In this document: positions 38,965 to 50,980 of the stretch, piece after piece
Layout: every line of letters begins with the position of its first letter
Position numbering within the stretch: position 1 is the first letter of the stretch
From: Eledone cirrhosa
Taxonomy: Eukaryota
DNA: 64,000 bases
Direction of reading: 5' to 3'
Assembly: GCA_964016885.1 (NCBI GenBank)
Contig: OZ024741.1
Location: 96,410,001-96,474,000 of the forward strand
The notes under the pieces: generated by a model
The model's database searches: none
What the model was told of the DNA's origin: nothing
The model's input: the letters and a program-made list of their open reading frames with translations, nothing else
Program-made: the position numbers and the translations under genes

Positions 38965-39156
38965 AATAAACCTTTCAAGGATTTACACCAGTCCAGCCTC
39001 CTGTTATTTTATTTATAATTAACTCCGTATTCGCACCACCAACCACACAAACGAAGACGGGTGAACTGCACTACGTTGAGTACTCTCCACAATATTTCAC
39101 CAAGATTGACTATACGGAATGACCAGTTCTATCCAGTGGTGAACCAACAAACCTAA

Positions 39157-39268
<112 letters not shown>

Positions 39269-39519
39269 CTTCAACTTTTAAATATTTTATTTCTTTTTTA
39301 CATTCTATTTTATCTTATCTATCTATTTTACCTATTTATTATTTATCTGGGAAAACCTATAGATGCTGTAGCTACCGCATTGTTATTTGGGAGAAATATC
39401 TGCGTTCGATACAGCTACCGATTATCTTGCATCTGCGTGTCATTGGATACTGGCTGTTGATACTTATAGAGCAGCAGGCATGCAGTAAAAGCACATGCTG
39501 CTTTGATCTCTTTGTGCAG

Positions 39520-40700
39520 ATATTTCTACAAATTCCTGTGGTGATGATGAAACAGCGATCTGTATGCTGATGATGCAGATTTTGTGGCTCACACAGTAGA
39601 AGACATGCAGTTGATATTGCACACCTTCTCTAATGCATACACTGTGTTTAAAAAAAGTATAACAAAGACAAACGTGATGTACACTCTACCACTTGGGAAA
39701 GGGTATATAGAGCCAGATATAATTGTGAGCGGAAAAAGACTTGATTTAGTGGACAGCTTTGTGTATATCCTAAGTACACTTAGTAAAGATGGTACCCTCG
39801 ATGCTGAAATAGATCACAGGATTGCGAAAGCTAGACTTGCCTTTCGGGAAGCTTGAGAAGCGAGTCTAGTTAAATCGGGGTATCACGAGAAATACAGAGA
39901 TCTCTGTGTATGAGGCCTGTGTTCTTACACCCCTGCTATACGGATGCGAAACGTGGACAACTTACAGGCATCCTATCAGGCAGTTTGAACAGATTTCATT
40001 AGCATTGTATGTGGCACATCCTGAACATTAAATGGCCCTCTTACACACCGAATGCTGTGCTACTTGTGAAAGCGGGTAGCCCCAGTATTGAGAAGAAAAT
40101 TATTATGAACCAGATGCGGTTGGCTGGTCATATGGTCAGGATGGAAGATAGAAGGCTGTCTAAACAGCCAGAGGGAAAATGCCCACAGCATAAACCAAAA
40201 AGCTGTTTTAGGATGTCACAAATGACAATTTTAAAGCTCTGAAGATTGATATGGAGAACTGAGAGAGACTGGCTGATGGCCGTACATCATGGAGAAATAT
40301 CGTCAAAGTGGAGCATGCTCTTGTGAAGCGTTCACTTCGTAAGCGTGTCTCAAGTAGAGTACTTGCAAAAATCCAGCAGGAATTGAGGTGCAATGTATGT
40401 GGCCGATTTCTTCTAACAAGAACTGGTTTCGTTAACCAACTGAAATTACACGAATCAGGGAGAAATCGAGCCAACTGTGAGATGGTTCTACCACCACACA
40501 CTCCTCGGTATATTTGCATTGAGTGTGGCTTAATTTGCAAGTCACCTGTTGGACTGACCAGACATGGTAAAATGCATGATAATAGACAGTTCAATCGAAC
40601 GTATCTGCAGAAGAAAAAAAGCGAGTCTGAAGAGACACTTGCATGCACATGTTCGTGCAATGTTCAATGAAGGGTTGGCACTCTTCTGACATGAAGTAGC
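39520..40700 (+). pseudogene. Degraded 3' part of an RTE-clade LINE with C-terminal C2H2 fingers
   Basis: LYADDADFVAH, KTNVM, VDSFVYI.STLS, EIDHRIAKA, LLYGCETWT, QMRLAGHMVRM, then CNVC...H and CIEC...LTRH...H. Confidence 0.85.
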
Positions 40701-41222
40701 AATCAGCAGCGCAGACAAACCAACGCACGTTCAGTGGTTATCGTGTCAAATGTGCATTGATACAAATACAGACGTGAAGTGATTACAGGTTTTTCTCCAT
40801 GTATCTATTTTACTAGACGATTTACTTGAATTATTCAAGGAGGTACAGGACAGAACGTTGATTAAAGGCATAGACACTAATCTCAATATTTCTTATGACG
40901 AAGTACGAATACTAAATGCAATTTCACAAGTTTTGTCACCGAAGTATTCCGATATTTCAAACGAATAGTTAAAAATACGCTTATTTTAGTATAAATTAAT
41001 ATATTCAACATTTATGGATGTTTTGAGGCCCTGAATATGTTTGTATGTAATTGTTCCGGGATACAACACGAAGATAAGTAAAAAATGCTAATGCTTTACT
41101 ATTCCAGGGTAATTTCATTCCTATGATGTTTCTAAAGCATCAAATACACACACACACGCACACACGCACACGCACATCCATAGTTTATATATATGTATAT
41201 ATAAACTTACACACTTACACAT

Positions 41223-41274
<52 letters not shown>

Positions 41275-41283
41275 AAGAGTCGG

Positions 41284-41373
41284 GACCCGACGTTTCAGCA
41301 GATAGTTCTAGAGTCTAGAATCTAGACTGTTTGGAGAAAGATCTTACGGTTAACTTGCTGTATCACCAGGGTC
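41284..41373 (-). ncRNA. Hammerhead-like remnant (A6G)
   Basis: GACC-CUGGUGA-UAC-AGCA...UGCU-GAAACGUC^GGGUC; typical PLE GAAACGUC end. Confidence 0.55.
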
Positions 41374-41591
41374 GTGCTTTGTCCATATAAGGGTATAAAC
41401 TATCCATCCAAATGTAAATTTTATTCATAAAAGGATTTTAGAAATATATATATATATATGCAAAAGTTATATTTAATTTGTTGGGATTCAACAAGCTTAA
41501 ACTTTTTATAACTTATATAAAGCACTCAACAGTTACTGGAGTAAATATTCAATATATTAATAAATGGAAACTATATTTATAAAACCATAAT

Positions 41592-41657
41592 TATTTTATT
41601 ATATATATTTCAAGAGCAACCAAGGCAAATTTTGGTGCGCTTTCATCAGATAAAATA
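41592..41657 (-). ncRNA. Minimal type I hammerhead (inverted partner of 41801-41866)
   Basis: Reverse complement of 41801-41866. Confidence 0.85.
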
Positions 41658-41800
41658 CAAAATTTGTTTTATAAATGTTGACATACCCGCAGAAACACAA
41701 CCTTGACGGTTGAAGGTTCTCTGGATAGATTATCTAGAGAACCTTCAACCGTCAAGGTTGTGTTTCTGCGGGTATGTCAACATTTATAAAACAAATTTTG

Positions 41801-41866
41801 TATTTTATCTGATGAAAGCGCACCAAAATTTGCCTTGGTTGCTCTTGAAATATATATAATAAAATA
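41801..41866 (+). ncRNA. Minimal type I hammerhead
   Basis: Stem I UAUUUUAU/AUAAAAUA; CUGAUGA 41809; stem II AAGCGCACCAA/UUGGUUGCUCUU; GAAA 41847; U-[AUAU]-A-UA^. Confidence 0.87.
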
Positions 41867-41904
41867 ATTATGGTTTTATAAATATAGTTTCCATTTATTA
41901 ATAT

Positions 41905-41997
<93 letters not shown>

Positions 41998-44900
41998 ATA
42001 TTTATGCGTATATTAACATTCGTGCGAGCTAGTGTGTGTGTATGGAGTAATTTTGTGGGAGCTGAAATTGTATACATCGTTATATATGTTAACTTTTAAC
42101 ATAACGATGAGACCAAAATACGCATCACAGTATGACTTAGCTGAACATTTGATTGATAAGTACAATCTAGAGCCAAAAGTGAAAGTGGGCGAGAGAGAGA
42201 AAGAGAGAAGGGGAGAGAAATGAATGTGGGAAAAGGAAATTGAGTATGTGAATGTGTAAGAGAGAAAGAGAGAAGCAGAAAGAGGGTGGTAAAGCAAAAC
42301 TGAGTATGTGTGTGTGTGAGTATGTGTGAGTGTGTGTGTGTGTGTATGTGTGGTGAGAGAGAGAGATAGATATAGAGATAGCTAGATAGAGAGAATGAGA
42401 GAGAAAGAGAGGGTATGTGTGTGACTAAGATCGTGGATAAATAAATAAGAGAGAATTGATCCTAGCACAAGATTGTCTGATACTTTATTTATCGACTTTT
42501 TCGACGCCACGAGGATAAAGTTGACTTCAGTAAAAATTAGTGAGCTAACAGAGCGAGAACGTATAATAACATAACAAGCGCCGGATAGATGTCAAAATAT
42601 TGCCAAAGGAGTATTACTAATTTCGGCAACTCTCTAAGTTCTTGCTAGGCTATTTAAAATATGTTCTATAGGATCCTTATCTATTAAATTTAACGCTCCC
42701 TTTTCCATAATCGTCCGGATATCGGTAACGAGGAACACGGAGATATAAGTTGTTATATTTCAGCTTCCAATAAATTATATCTCTTCAATTTTAGTATTGA
42801 GCATAGTTTTTTTACTCTCTTCTTTATAATAATGTGTGCGCATACATTTATGTAAGTATATTATATACATCAAAAATATCAATATCAATGTACATAGAAA
42901 TTTATAATCCTACATATAGATGCGCAAACACACGCACACACACACACTACCACCCATATATATTTTTACACATTTGTCCGTATGTATGTAATTATGTATA
43001 CATTGGTGTGAGTATGTATGAATATATGTATGTATTTATGTGTGTACGTTCATGAAAACACAGATAACAAAGTAAATCATCTTTTAATCTTCTAAACATT
43101 ATCTACATTAAGTGTAGTATTTGTTCTTGCTATCTCCTGTATTAACAGTATAGATGATTATAACTACGTATAATAATGCATAATGCATTAACTTTGGAAA
43201 CATCAACCGCGAAGTAACATATAGATTACGTCCTTGTCTTTGAAATTCTTATAAAATTACCATTAGAAAGATTTAAAAAAAACATACATATAAAAATAGT
43301 TCGAGAAACTAATGTTAAAAATCTGTAAATTGGCAAAGGAGAAATCTATAAAATTATAAAATCGATAAATGCAACGTTTTAAGTGCCCGCCACTTTGTTT
43401 ATTTTTCTATTTGTTTTTTTTTAATACTTTCTAAATGGCGAAATTTAGATTTAATGTTTCTACTAATTTAACACTAATAGAAAGAAAACTTTAGAAATAA
43501 ATATATAACACATCAGTTTTGTGTATCGTTAATGTACAAAACCAGATTTTGTACATTTTCTAAAGTCTTACCTCGGATCGTTAACAGAGAGGAATATTTA
43601 TGAATAAATAACTTATATATACATATACCATATAGATACCTGTCTACCATAACGTAAAAAAACCTGGTGTTGTTCCTTAACACATCTAAACCTCAATTAC
43701 TAGGGCAATTTTAATTTATTTTAGTCTTTTTAGTATGTGTCATTCAATATATTTCGTCTTAAATATCCCAATTCATTTCAGTGCGTTAAATATTCAAAGT
43801 AGTCTGGCCAAAATTATTTCTCACGATATTTCTACGTGTAAATCTCTTCACAAACTGATCAACCAGATTTGTGTAGACTAAAATGAGGACATCTAATAGA
43901 ATGAAACATACCCAGAGATATATCTTGCTTAAACAGAACCATATAACTTTTCCCCTGCCTTATTCATTCCGTTTATTTTGTTATATGGCATACCTATAAG
44001 TATCAAAACGTTTTGTCGCATTTAACAGTCTGAGGCCTGAAACGAGTCTATTAAGAAAGAAACGAAAATAAATGTAATAGCTGTTATGGGGAAAGTGGCC
44101 ACACCTGTTTAACGTCGTCGGTGTCGTCACGTAATCTCTGAAGATGTGTCAGCCTCAATGTGACGATATCCACAAACCCACATATAATGAGCATTTGTAG
44201 CAGATATATCTTCTGATAAATGGGACTGTCGCTTCCACAAGAACTGACAGAATTTGTTCCAATCTTTGACGCTCAGGCAAAATAGTATATAATCTAAATA
44301 ATATATACGTGAGCCATTACCGTCGAAGCTTTCAGAGATATCATCCTATCAGACCATTTTTGAATAGCTATTTAAACATGTCCTCATCTCAGTTTTAGTT
44401 TACTGGGAAGTCCTGTTCGAATAAAACCTCCAGGACTTGAAATGGACATCGGGACAGCGGCAAAAGCTGCTCTGCAATGGAGACTTACTTTTTTGAGTGC
44501 TCAGTTACAAGCAAACCTACTTGTCTGAGCTAATGCCTTCCTCCATGTTTCGCAGCATGTCCAACACCCTACAGCAAAGATCCCAGCGCTAAGACATACA
44601 TAAGAGTGGAGAAGAACATAAATGGGAGCTTGTGAATAGAACTGCCGGAGATCTCATACATTCGTGCGTTTCCGATTAAACCACCGACGACATGCGTCAA
44701 ACCAGTTGCAAGCATCTTTGATAAAACCTTTAAAGCTGCAAACCTATTTGACAAACAACAAAAAGAAATCGCCTAGCAGACCCTCCAGTCCAGGCTCCCG
44801 TCCCAGGCCCTCAAACTGCCGTTCAAGATATCTGCTACTTAATCTGATGAAATCGGCTTTTCACAGCACTCTAATTCTTTGGTCGTGATTTGCGTTAGAT

Positions 44901-46669
44901 CATATTGTTAGACATGGAGGTTTATCATCTACAAATCTAGGCCCCTTATAAAATGGCAGGGAAAGACGTCACACATATGCAGTTTCATATAATACACACT
45001 CGCTAAGATCCGTACCGAGAAAATATTTGCATTGTTTTACATAGAACGTACAATGGCCCAGGCAACCTATTCCTCGTCTTCGCCCCAAGGAAATGGTCAC
45101 GTACTAAGTCAGTAGCAATACGATGTAGACGATAGAGTTTCTTCAATCAGTAAGCCAGGCCCGTCTGTGATCTGTTGCAACATCTTTGCTAGAATGGAAA
45201 ACTTCTGTTCTAATTTACTTTTAGGATGAGACGACTATATGTTTTTCATAGTTGCATCAGTCAATCTCTACAAAATTCTCTGGTATTCTTTTGAAATTTG
45301 GAAATAATTCGAATCGAATCGATGAATTATTGCGATTTCTTTCAACCTTTTTTATTGAATTATAAAAGAACTGGCATGAAATTATATTGACTACTAATTG
45401 GAGTTGCTACAGCAGGAAATCTGAAAATTCGCAATCTTCAAGACTTTATAAATAAGAGTTACGTCTTTTTCTCGCATGTATTTTTGCACGTGTTTCTGCT
45501 AGTGATAATGAATGTAAATAAAACATAATGCGTTTTCCAAGGGATTTCTGCCGCAACCAAAAATATATCAATGTAGCATTTACCATTTACCGTTCATCCC
45601 CCAATATATTTTCGAATATTTCTCTTATATATTGGTAGCATTGGTTTGACGATTGATTTTGATTTGTGAATTGTATCTTGTTAAGCGAGTGAAACCATTG
45701 TCTGTGAACTTTGAATGTAACGTCATCCGAGGAGTTATTGCGACGTCATGTCACGTTCCCACCCAGAAAGGTGAACACGCAGATTGCACCGTAGATGAGG
45801 ATTAAGATATGGATTTTGAGAGAGCTGTTTAGAAAGAATATATGTTCGAAAAGTCGAAGCTAGATTCTGATGCTGTGTTCCATTGACAGAGGAAATCAGA
45901 TGACATCAGTTGTCAAACGCATTCTTCCGTAAGTTGTAACGAATGATAAAATGATATCCGATACAACTTCCAGAGTGTGGGATATTAAAGCACATTCATC
46001 AACTCAATGTATTAAAAAAAATATGTTCAGATCTGCGTTTGGTGGTGAAATTCATCTGTACAATGTTCAACATAATACAGGTGAGTAGAAAATTGATAGT
46101 GAGTCACTTTTTCGTCCAGGTTAGTCAGATAGGACTCAAATGTCTTCCTTTCGGCAACAACACAGATTATCATCTTTGAACAGAACTGACGTTCCAGATA
46201 TATTTATGCCAGCCCCAGTAGGTATGCAGGTGACAGAACGTTCCAGGCTGACTGTCCTCTTAAACATCGTGACTGTAGAGCCTGACTCTTCTTGCTGCTT
46301 GCTGCCACTGAGCGTCACATACGTTTATGTGTAATAAACTTACATAGCCTTGTTGTGAGAATTTGAAGCTGCGATCGAGAGAAAAACAAATCCAAGAATT
46401 CCAGGATGGATAAACCATCAGATAAAAGATAATTCTACATATATAGATGTTTGTAAATAACACAATTTTGCTAATGCCATGTAGTACGTGCTTGATTGGC
46501 AAGAGATAATTAGAAGTAGAACTGTGACAGCGTGATACAGAACAGAGAAGCATATGGTAATATATATATATATATGTTTATGTAAAATATACAGACATAC
46601 CTTGCTGTAAGTATTTTAAAGTGTGATGATATAACTACATCTGTATCTTCAGGATAGATGATGTATATG

Positions 46670-46738
<69 letters not shown>

Positions 46739-46763
46739 GCGCGCACACACATATATGTATATA

Positions 46764-46975
46764 CAGCGTGAGCATAAAGTCTTTACCTGATTATAAAATG
46801 CCATATCTCGGATACCCTTTGTGATTTTACCTTTTCATTGTTTTAATTTATAAATTTCAGATTTCAGGTTTTCTTAACATGTTTTAAACTTTCTCTACCA
46901 CAGGAAATAGTTGTAATTTTCAGTAACAAAATGGCATCTATGAAACAAAAAGTAAAATACTTTATGCTCAACTTG
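46764..46975. mobile_element. Tc1/mariner-type MITE, 212 bp
   Basis: TA-CAGCGTGAGCATAAAGTCTTTAC ... GTAAAATACTTTATGCTCAACTTG-TA. Confidence 0.8.
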
Positions 46976-47005
46976 TATATACACACACACACATATATAT
47001 ATATA

Positions 47006-47365
47006 TACTGGTTCCTATTACCCACTCTACTACCCTAACTATTGAGTACTTTGGTGCGTTATGGTCCACCTGGTTCCTTACCACATTTCCTTCGTTATAT
47101 ATATAGATGAAAAGTATAGACATTATTGTAGCAAGAAGCCAACAGTATTCCATAATATATAAGTGACTATAGCGTCAAAATGGGAAAATAGTTAACGTAA
47201 GATGTGGGAAAATAATTCAAACTCAATTCAAAAAGAATCAGGATTTATTCATCCACAGAATTTGATGAAATCCAGGGAAAAATCAATAGAGCCTTAACTC
47301 AGAATAGAATAAAGTTTAAAATACTCATCCTTCAATTTGGAAAAAAACTAAAATGCTCTGTATAC
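47006..47365. mobile_element. Stacked terminal fragments: 13675 family (47006-47098, +) and 22577 family (47105-47365, -)
   Basis: Direct sequence matches to 14025-14116 and 22580-22838. Confidence 0.85.
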
Positions 47366-47375
47366 TATGTATATA

Positions 47376-47407
<32 letters not shown>

Positions 47408-47411
<4 letters not shown>

Positions 47412-47630
47412 TTGTTTTGCAAGGTTTTTGTCATGAAATTGTGTGTCGAAACAAATATTGTTATACTTGGGGAGGGTCATATTGTTGTAGTGATATAGCC
47501 AGAAATAATAACAGAACACACTCACTGTTTGGTTGGTTTTCGCTTCTGTAACTTTTATATCTCCATAGTTAATTCATTTGGCCATCAATGTTTATCACTG
47601 ACTGACCAACGGTCAAAAATACCGATATAA
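47408..47630 (+). mobile_element. Module with a hammerhead 3' half, homologous to 14208-14562
   Basis: GUGUC-GAAA(47448)-CAA-AUA-UUG-UU^AUACUUGG; 5' box missing. Confidence 0.6.
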
Positions 47631-47639
47631 ATACATATA

Positions 47640-49250
47640 TATAGTGTAACAAAGTTCTTTCGTTGCACACTTGAAACATCATCAGTGGTACTATTATCAT
47701 GTTTCCCTGCTGTATTGTATCTATTTATTTATTTATTTATTTATTATTGTCCTCGTCTCTGCGCATGTGTTTGCGTGTGTGTATAGTGTTTGGCGTGTGT
47801 GTTCGCGTTTGGGTGACTGTGTTGTGGTTATTGTATTCTATCTTAGTTTACAAGTGTGTGTTTATGTCTTTGTTGTTATTGTGCTTGTGTATATATATAT
47901 TTATTTATTTATTTATATTTCTCTTAGGTCAGTATTGATTGTATGGGTGTTGTTGTTATTCCATTCATTTTTTCTGTTTAGCTTTGGCTTTCTAAGCACT
48001 ATTTCGCTTGCTTCTCTGATTTGCCTATCTGCTGGGTCATTTCTATGTTTAGATATTATTTTAATTTCTATGTTGTCTATGTTACCGTCATGTTGTTGTC
48101 TGGCGTGTTCGTATAGTACTAAACCGTTTTTTTGTCCTTTTATTTCCCCTCAGTGTTGGTCTATTCTTTCACCTATGCTAGGAGCTGTCTCGCCTATGTA
48201 TGTCGTTGTCATGTTTCTGCAAGTACCTTCTGTACATCTTATGCTATAGACTACATTTCTAGTTTTACAGTTTATCTGGGGGTTTACTTTACATATAACG
48301 CATTTCTTATTAGTACAGTGGGTTTTATTAAAAGGGTATGTTTTGCTGATCAGGGATTTTATGGTAGTTCCTGGCTTTTCTATCACTTTTATCTTTAAGT
48401 AGATCTTTCTTAACGCATTTCTACATTGGTTAGCTAATTTCCCTCCAGGGGTAGCATCCACGAACATGACACTCTGGTATCTCTGGTTGTCATACCATAA
48501 GGTGGCTTTCCCTATCTTATATTTAGTCCTATCTAAGCTATTCCATGATTTGCTCCTGTATAATGGGCAAATTCCTTTCATCTCCAGTTCTATGAGGGTC
48601 TTATACTTCTCCGTGGCTCCTTTGTATACTCTGATTCTGTCTCTTTGGTTGTAGCTAGAGAACTGCATGTGGTTGATGAAGTGTTGGATGTGTCTTTCCA
48701 TTTGAGTTGGGTTGCACATGCGGGACACGTTCTTCATTACTCGTACCAAGTCTTCGATCAGAATATTAAACTTAGCACTACTGGACATTGCTGAGTTTTT
48801 GAGTATCAGGTATTTGGAGGCCATGGGTTTAGCGTAGTGTGAGTAGAGAATTTGGGCCCTCTCGTCTATAGTGTTAATTCATAGTTCCGTGTCTAATACA
48901 GGTAGTCTATTGTTAGGATGTTTGGAAGGGCAGTAGATAGTTACAGTTATACTCTGGTGTATGGAGTTAGCTATCTGCTGGATGCTTTCCATTGTGCTAT
49001 ATTCTAAATTATGTTCGTTAGTACTCTCTTGTGGGGGTGTCCTTATTACTATATTAATATCGTCTACGTAACGAGAGTACATGATGAGGTCTATGCAGCT
49101 CTCTTCAAGGAGATCTTTGAGTCTCCTTTCTCATCATACCATAAAAAGGTTGGCAACATCACCAGCTATCCTGATGCCAATGGCTGCTTCCTCATTTTGG
49201 GTGTAGATCTTTCCATTGGGTGTAGATCTTCCCATTCCTTTTAATGTTAT
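47640..49250 (-). mobile_element. 5'-truncated Neptune-type Penelope-like retroelement (RT + Cys linker + GIY-YIG + HHR)
   Basis: GKIYTQ..AAIGIRIAGDVANLFM, RYVDDI, LPVLD, CTNKKCVIC...C, NVVYSIRC...YIGET...ERIDQH*, then LYEH...RQIREA..I...LNRKNEW; disabled by frameshifts and a stop. Confidence 0.88.
47642..47692 (-). ncRNA. Hammerhead core at the 3' end of the Neptune-type PLE
   Basis: CUGAUGA-U-GUUUCA-AGUG-UGCAAC-GAAA-GAAC...; the 3' strand of stem I is lost at the TA junction. Confidence 0.7.
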
Positions 49251-49259
49251 GGTGGGAAA

Positions 49260-49319
<60 letters not shown>

Positions 49320-49572
49320 CGTAATAGATTTGATCCAAGTCTGATGTTGACTCGAGATTTTATCATTTCATGGTCGTTAAAATTTGCACCCATCCTAAGC
49401 TGGTGCAAACTTATTTTTGTCTAGCTCTCACGCCCTAAACACCACCATCGGATCAAAGGACAAAGTGTCAAGAGTTTCTGTCTGCATACAAATGCATTAG
49501 TACATGAAAGAGTCAACGAAAGCATAGCATATATATTTATCTATCTACCTTTTTATCTATCTATCTCTCTAG

Positions 49573-50899
49573 GTGCGAGTGCAAACTATCCTTGAAAGGT
49601 CGAGCGGAGGTGGCGAACACTTTTATAGCGTCCATCATCTACTACCGCTTGACCGTTGTGACTTGTCCAGCCAAAACGCTCACCAAAATGGAGCGCACGC
49701 TCTTCCAATTCCTTTGGAAGAAACGGGCTTCTTTGGTGAGAAGATCCATCTGCTGCCAACACCCTTCAAACGGAGGGCTAGGGTTGCCGTGGCTGACGAT
49801 GCGCAAACACGCGCTCAGTCTGCGGCACCTCCACATATTATTCACCAGACAACCGGTATGGGCCCCGTTCGTGAGGCGAGCCTTCCCACGACTCGTCTCG
49901 TTAACCGAGCTGCAGACCTGGGTCAAGCAAAGACCGAGGAAAATGGGCGACTGGCATATCGAATGTGCTCAGGCGCTCACATTCCTCTGGCAAACGGACC
50001 CGGCGATCAGTGGAGACTTCACTTCGACATTCTATAGAGGGTTGCTCCGCAGCAAGTGCGACGACACGCTCGGAGAAACTCTAGGCGTAGAGGAGGACGA
50101 ACTGGCCAGTCTGTTCGGTAGGACTTCCGCCCGGGACCAATGGACAACTTCCAAAAGTCCCTGGCCTGGCAGTGCTACCAAGGAGCTCTACCAGTTCGAG
50201 ACAAGCTCTACAGACACGGACGCCCGGGTAGGGACCCTTCGAAAAAGATCTGTCCGAGATGCGTGCGCGACGAGGAAACCGTCGCATACGCATTTGTACA
50301 CTGCCCGGGCATTACCGACCTGTGGGGCTATGCAGAACGACTATTGTCGCGGGTGGGACCAATCCAGTTGACCACCGAGTCCATTGTCATGATCAAACCG
50401 CCACCCTCCTTCAAAAACGATGGAGAGGCGGTGTTCCTATGTGTTATGGCTATGGTGAAAGAGGTTATATGGTGGACGAGGTTAAAAGGGCTGAGGTCAG
50501 ACACCTTTCTCTCCGGCGAGCAACTGATTCGTTTTTTCAAATATCATTTTGGAAGAAGAATCAGGATGGAGAGAGAGGTGCTGTACCCCAGCAAATTTTA
50601 TAAAAGGTGGGTGAATGTGGCAAAGATGGCCCGAGTGGTTGGGCCTTCTCTCTATATAAGCCTGTAGGTTGAGGAAAAAGAGGAAGAGAGGAAGGGAGTA
50701 CTCACTCTTGGTGCACCTGGAGATGAGGGTTGTACATTTTTTCGGGGTGTGTACAACCCCTGTGTAACACCTCCCACCTATTGTGGATTTCAATTGTTAT
50801 TTGTTGTTTTATTAATAGTTTTATTTTCATATACCTGTATGTAAACTCCCCATTTGTATTTGTCCCATTCTGTTGTGCCCTTGTGGCTAATAAAGAGAT

Positions 50900-50900
<1 letters not shown>
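49573..50900 (+). mobile_element. Tx1-clade LINE copy A, 5'-truncated, followed by (TATC)n 50901-50980
   Basis: ORF2 C-terminus (LSLKGRA, GGLGLP, CPRC...ET..YAFVHC), 3'UTR and AATAAA; very similar to copy C. Confidence 0.92.

Positions 50901-50980
<80 letters not shown>

Larger units (their letters stand above)
41460..41908. mobile_element. Near-perfect ~360 bp palindrome (41550-41908, centre ~41729) with two hammerheads
   Basis: Arms look identical except near the central hairpin TTCTCTGGATAGATTATCTAGAGAA. Confidence 0.9.

Noticed and set aside
43100-46500. Microsatellite-free block that might hold exons or an ancient TE
   Set aside because: Only short ORFs and no motifs I can recognise; the CTGATGA at ~44845 has no GAAA or stem partner.
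48150-48152. In-frame TGA inside the Neptune-type GIY-YIG domain as programmed readthrough
   Set aside because: It is not at a conserved Cys position and the copy has other disabling lesions, so a nonsense mutation is more likely.
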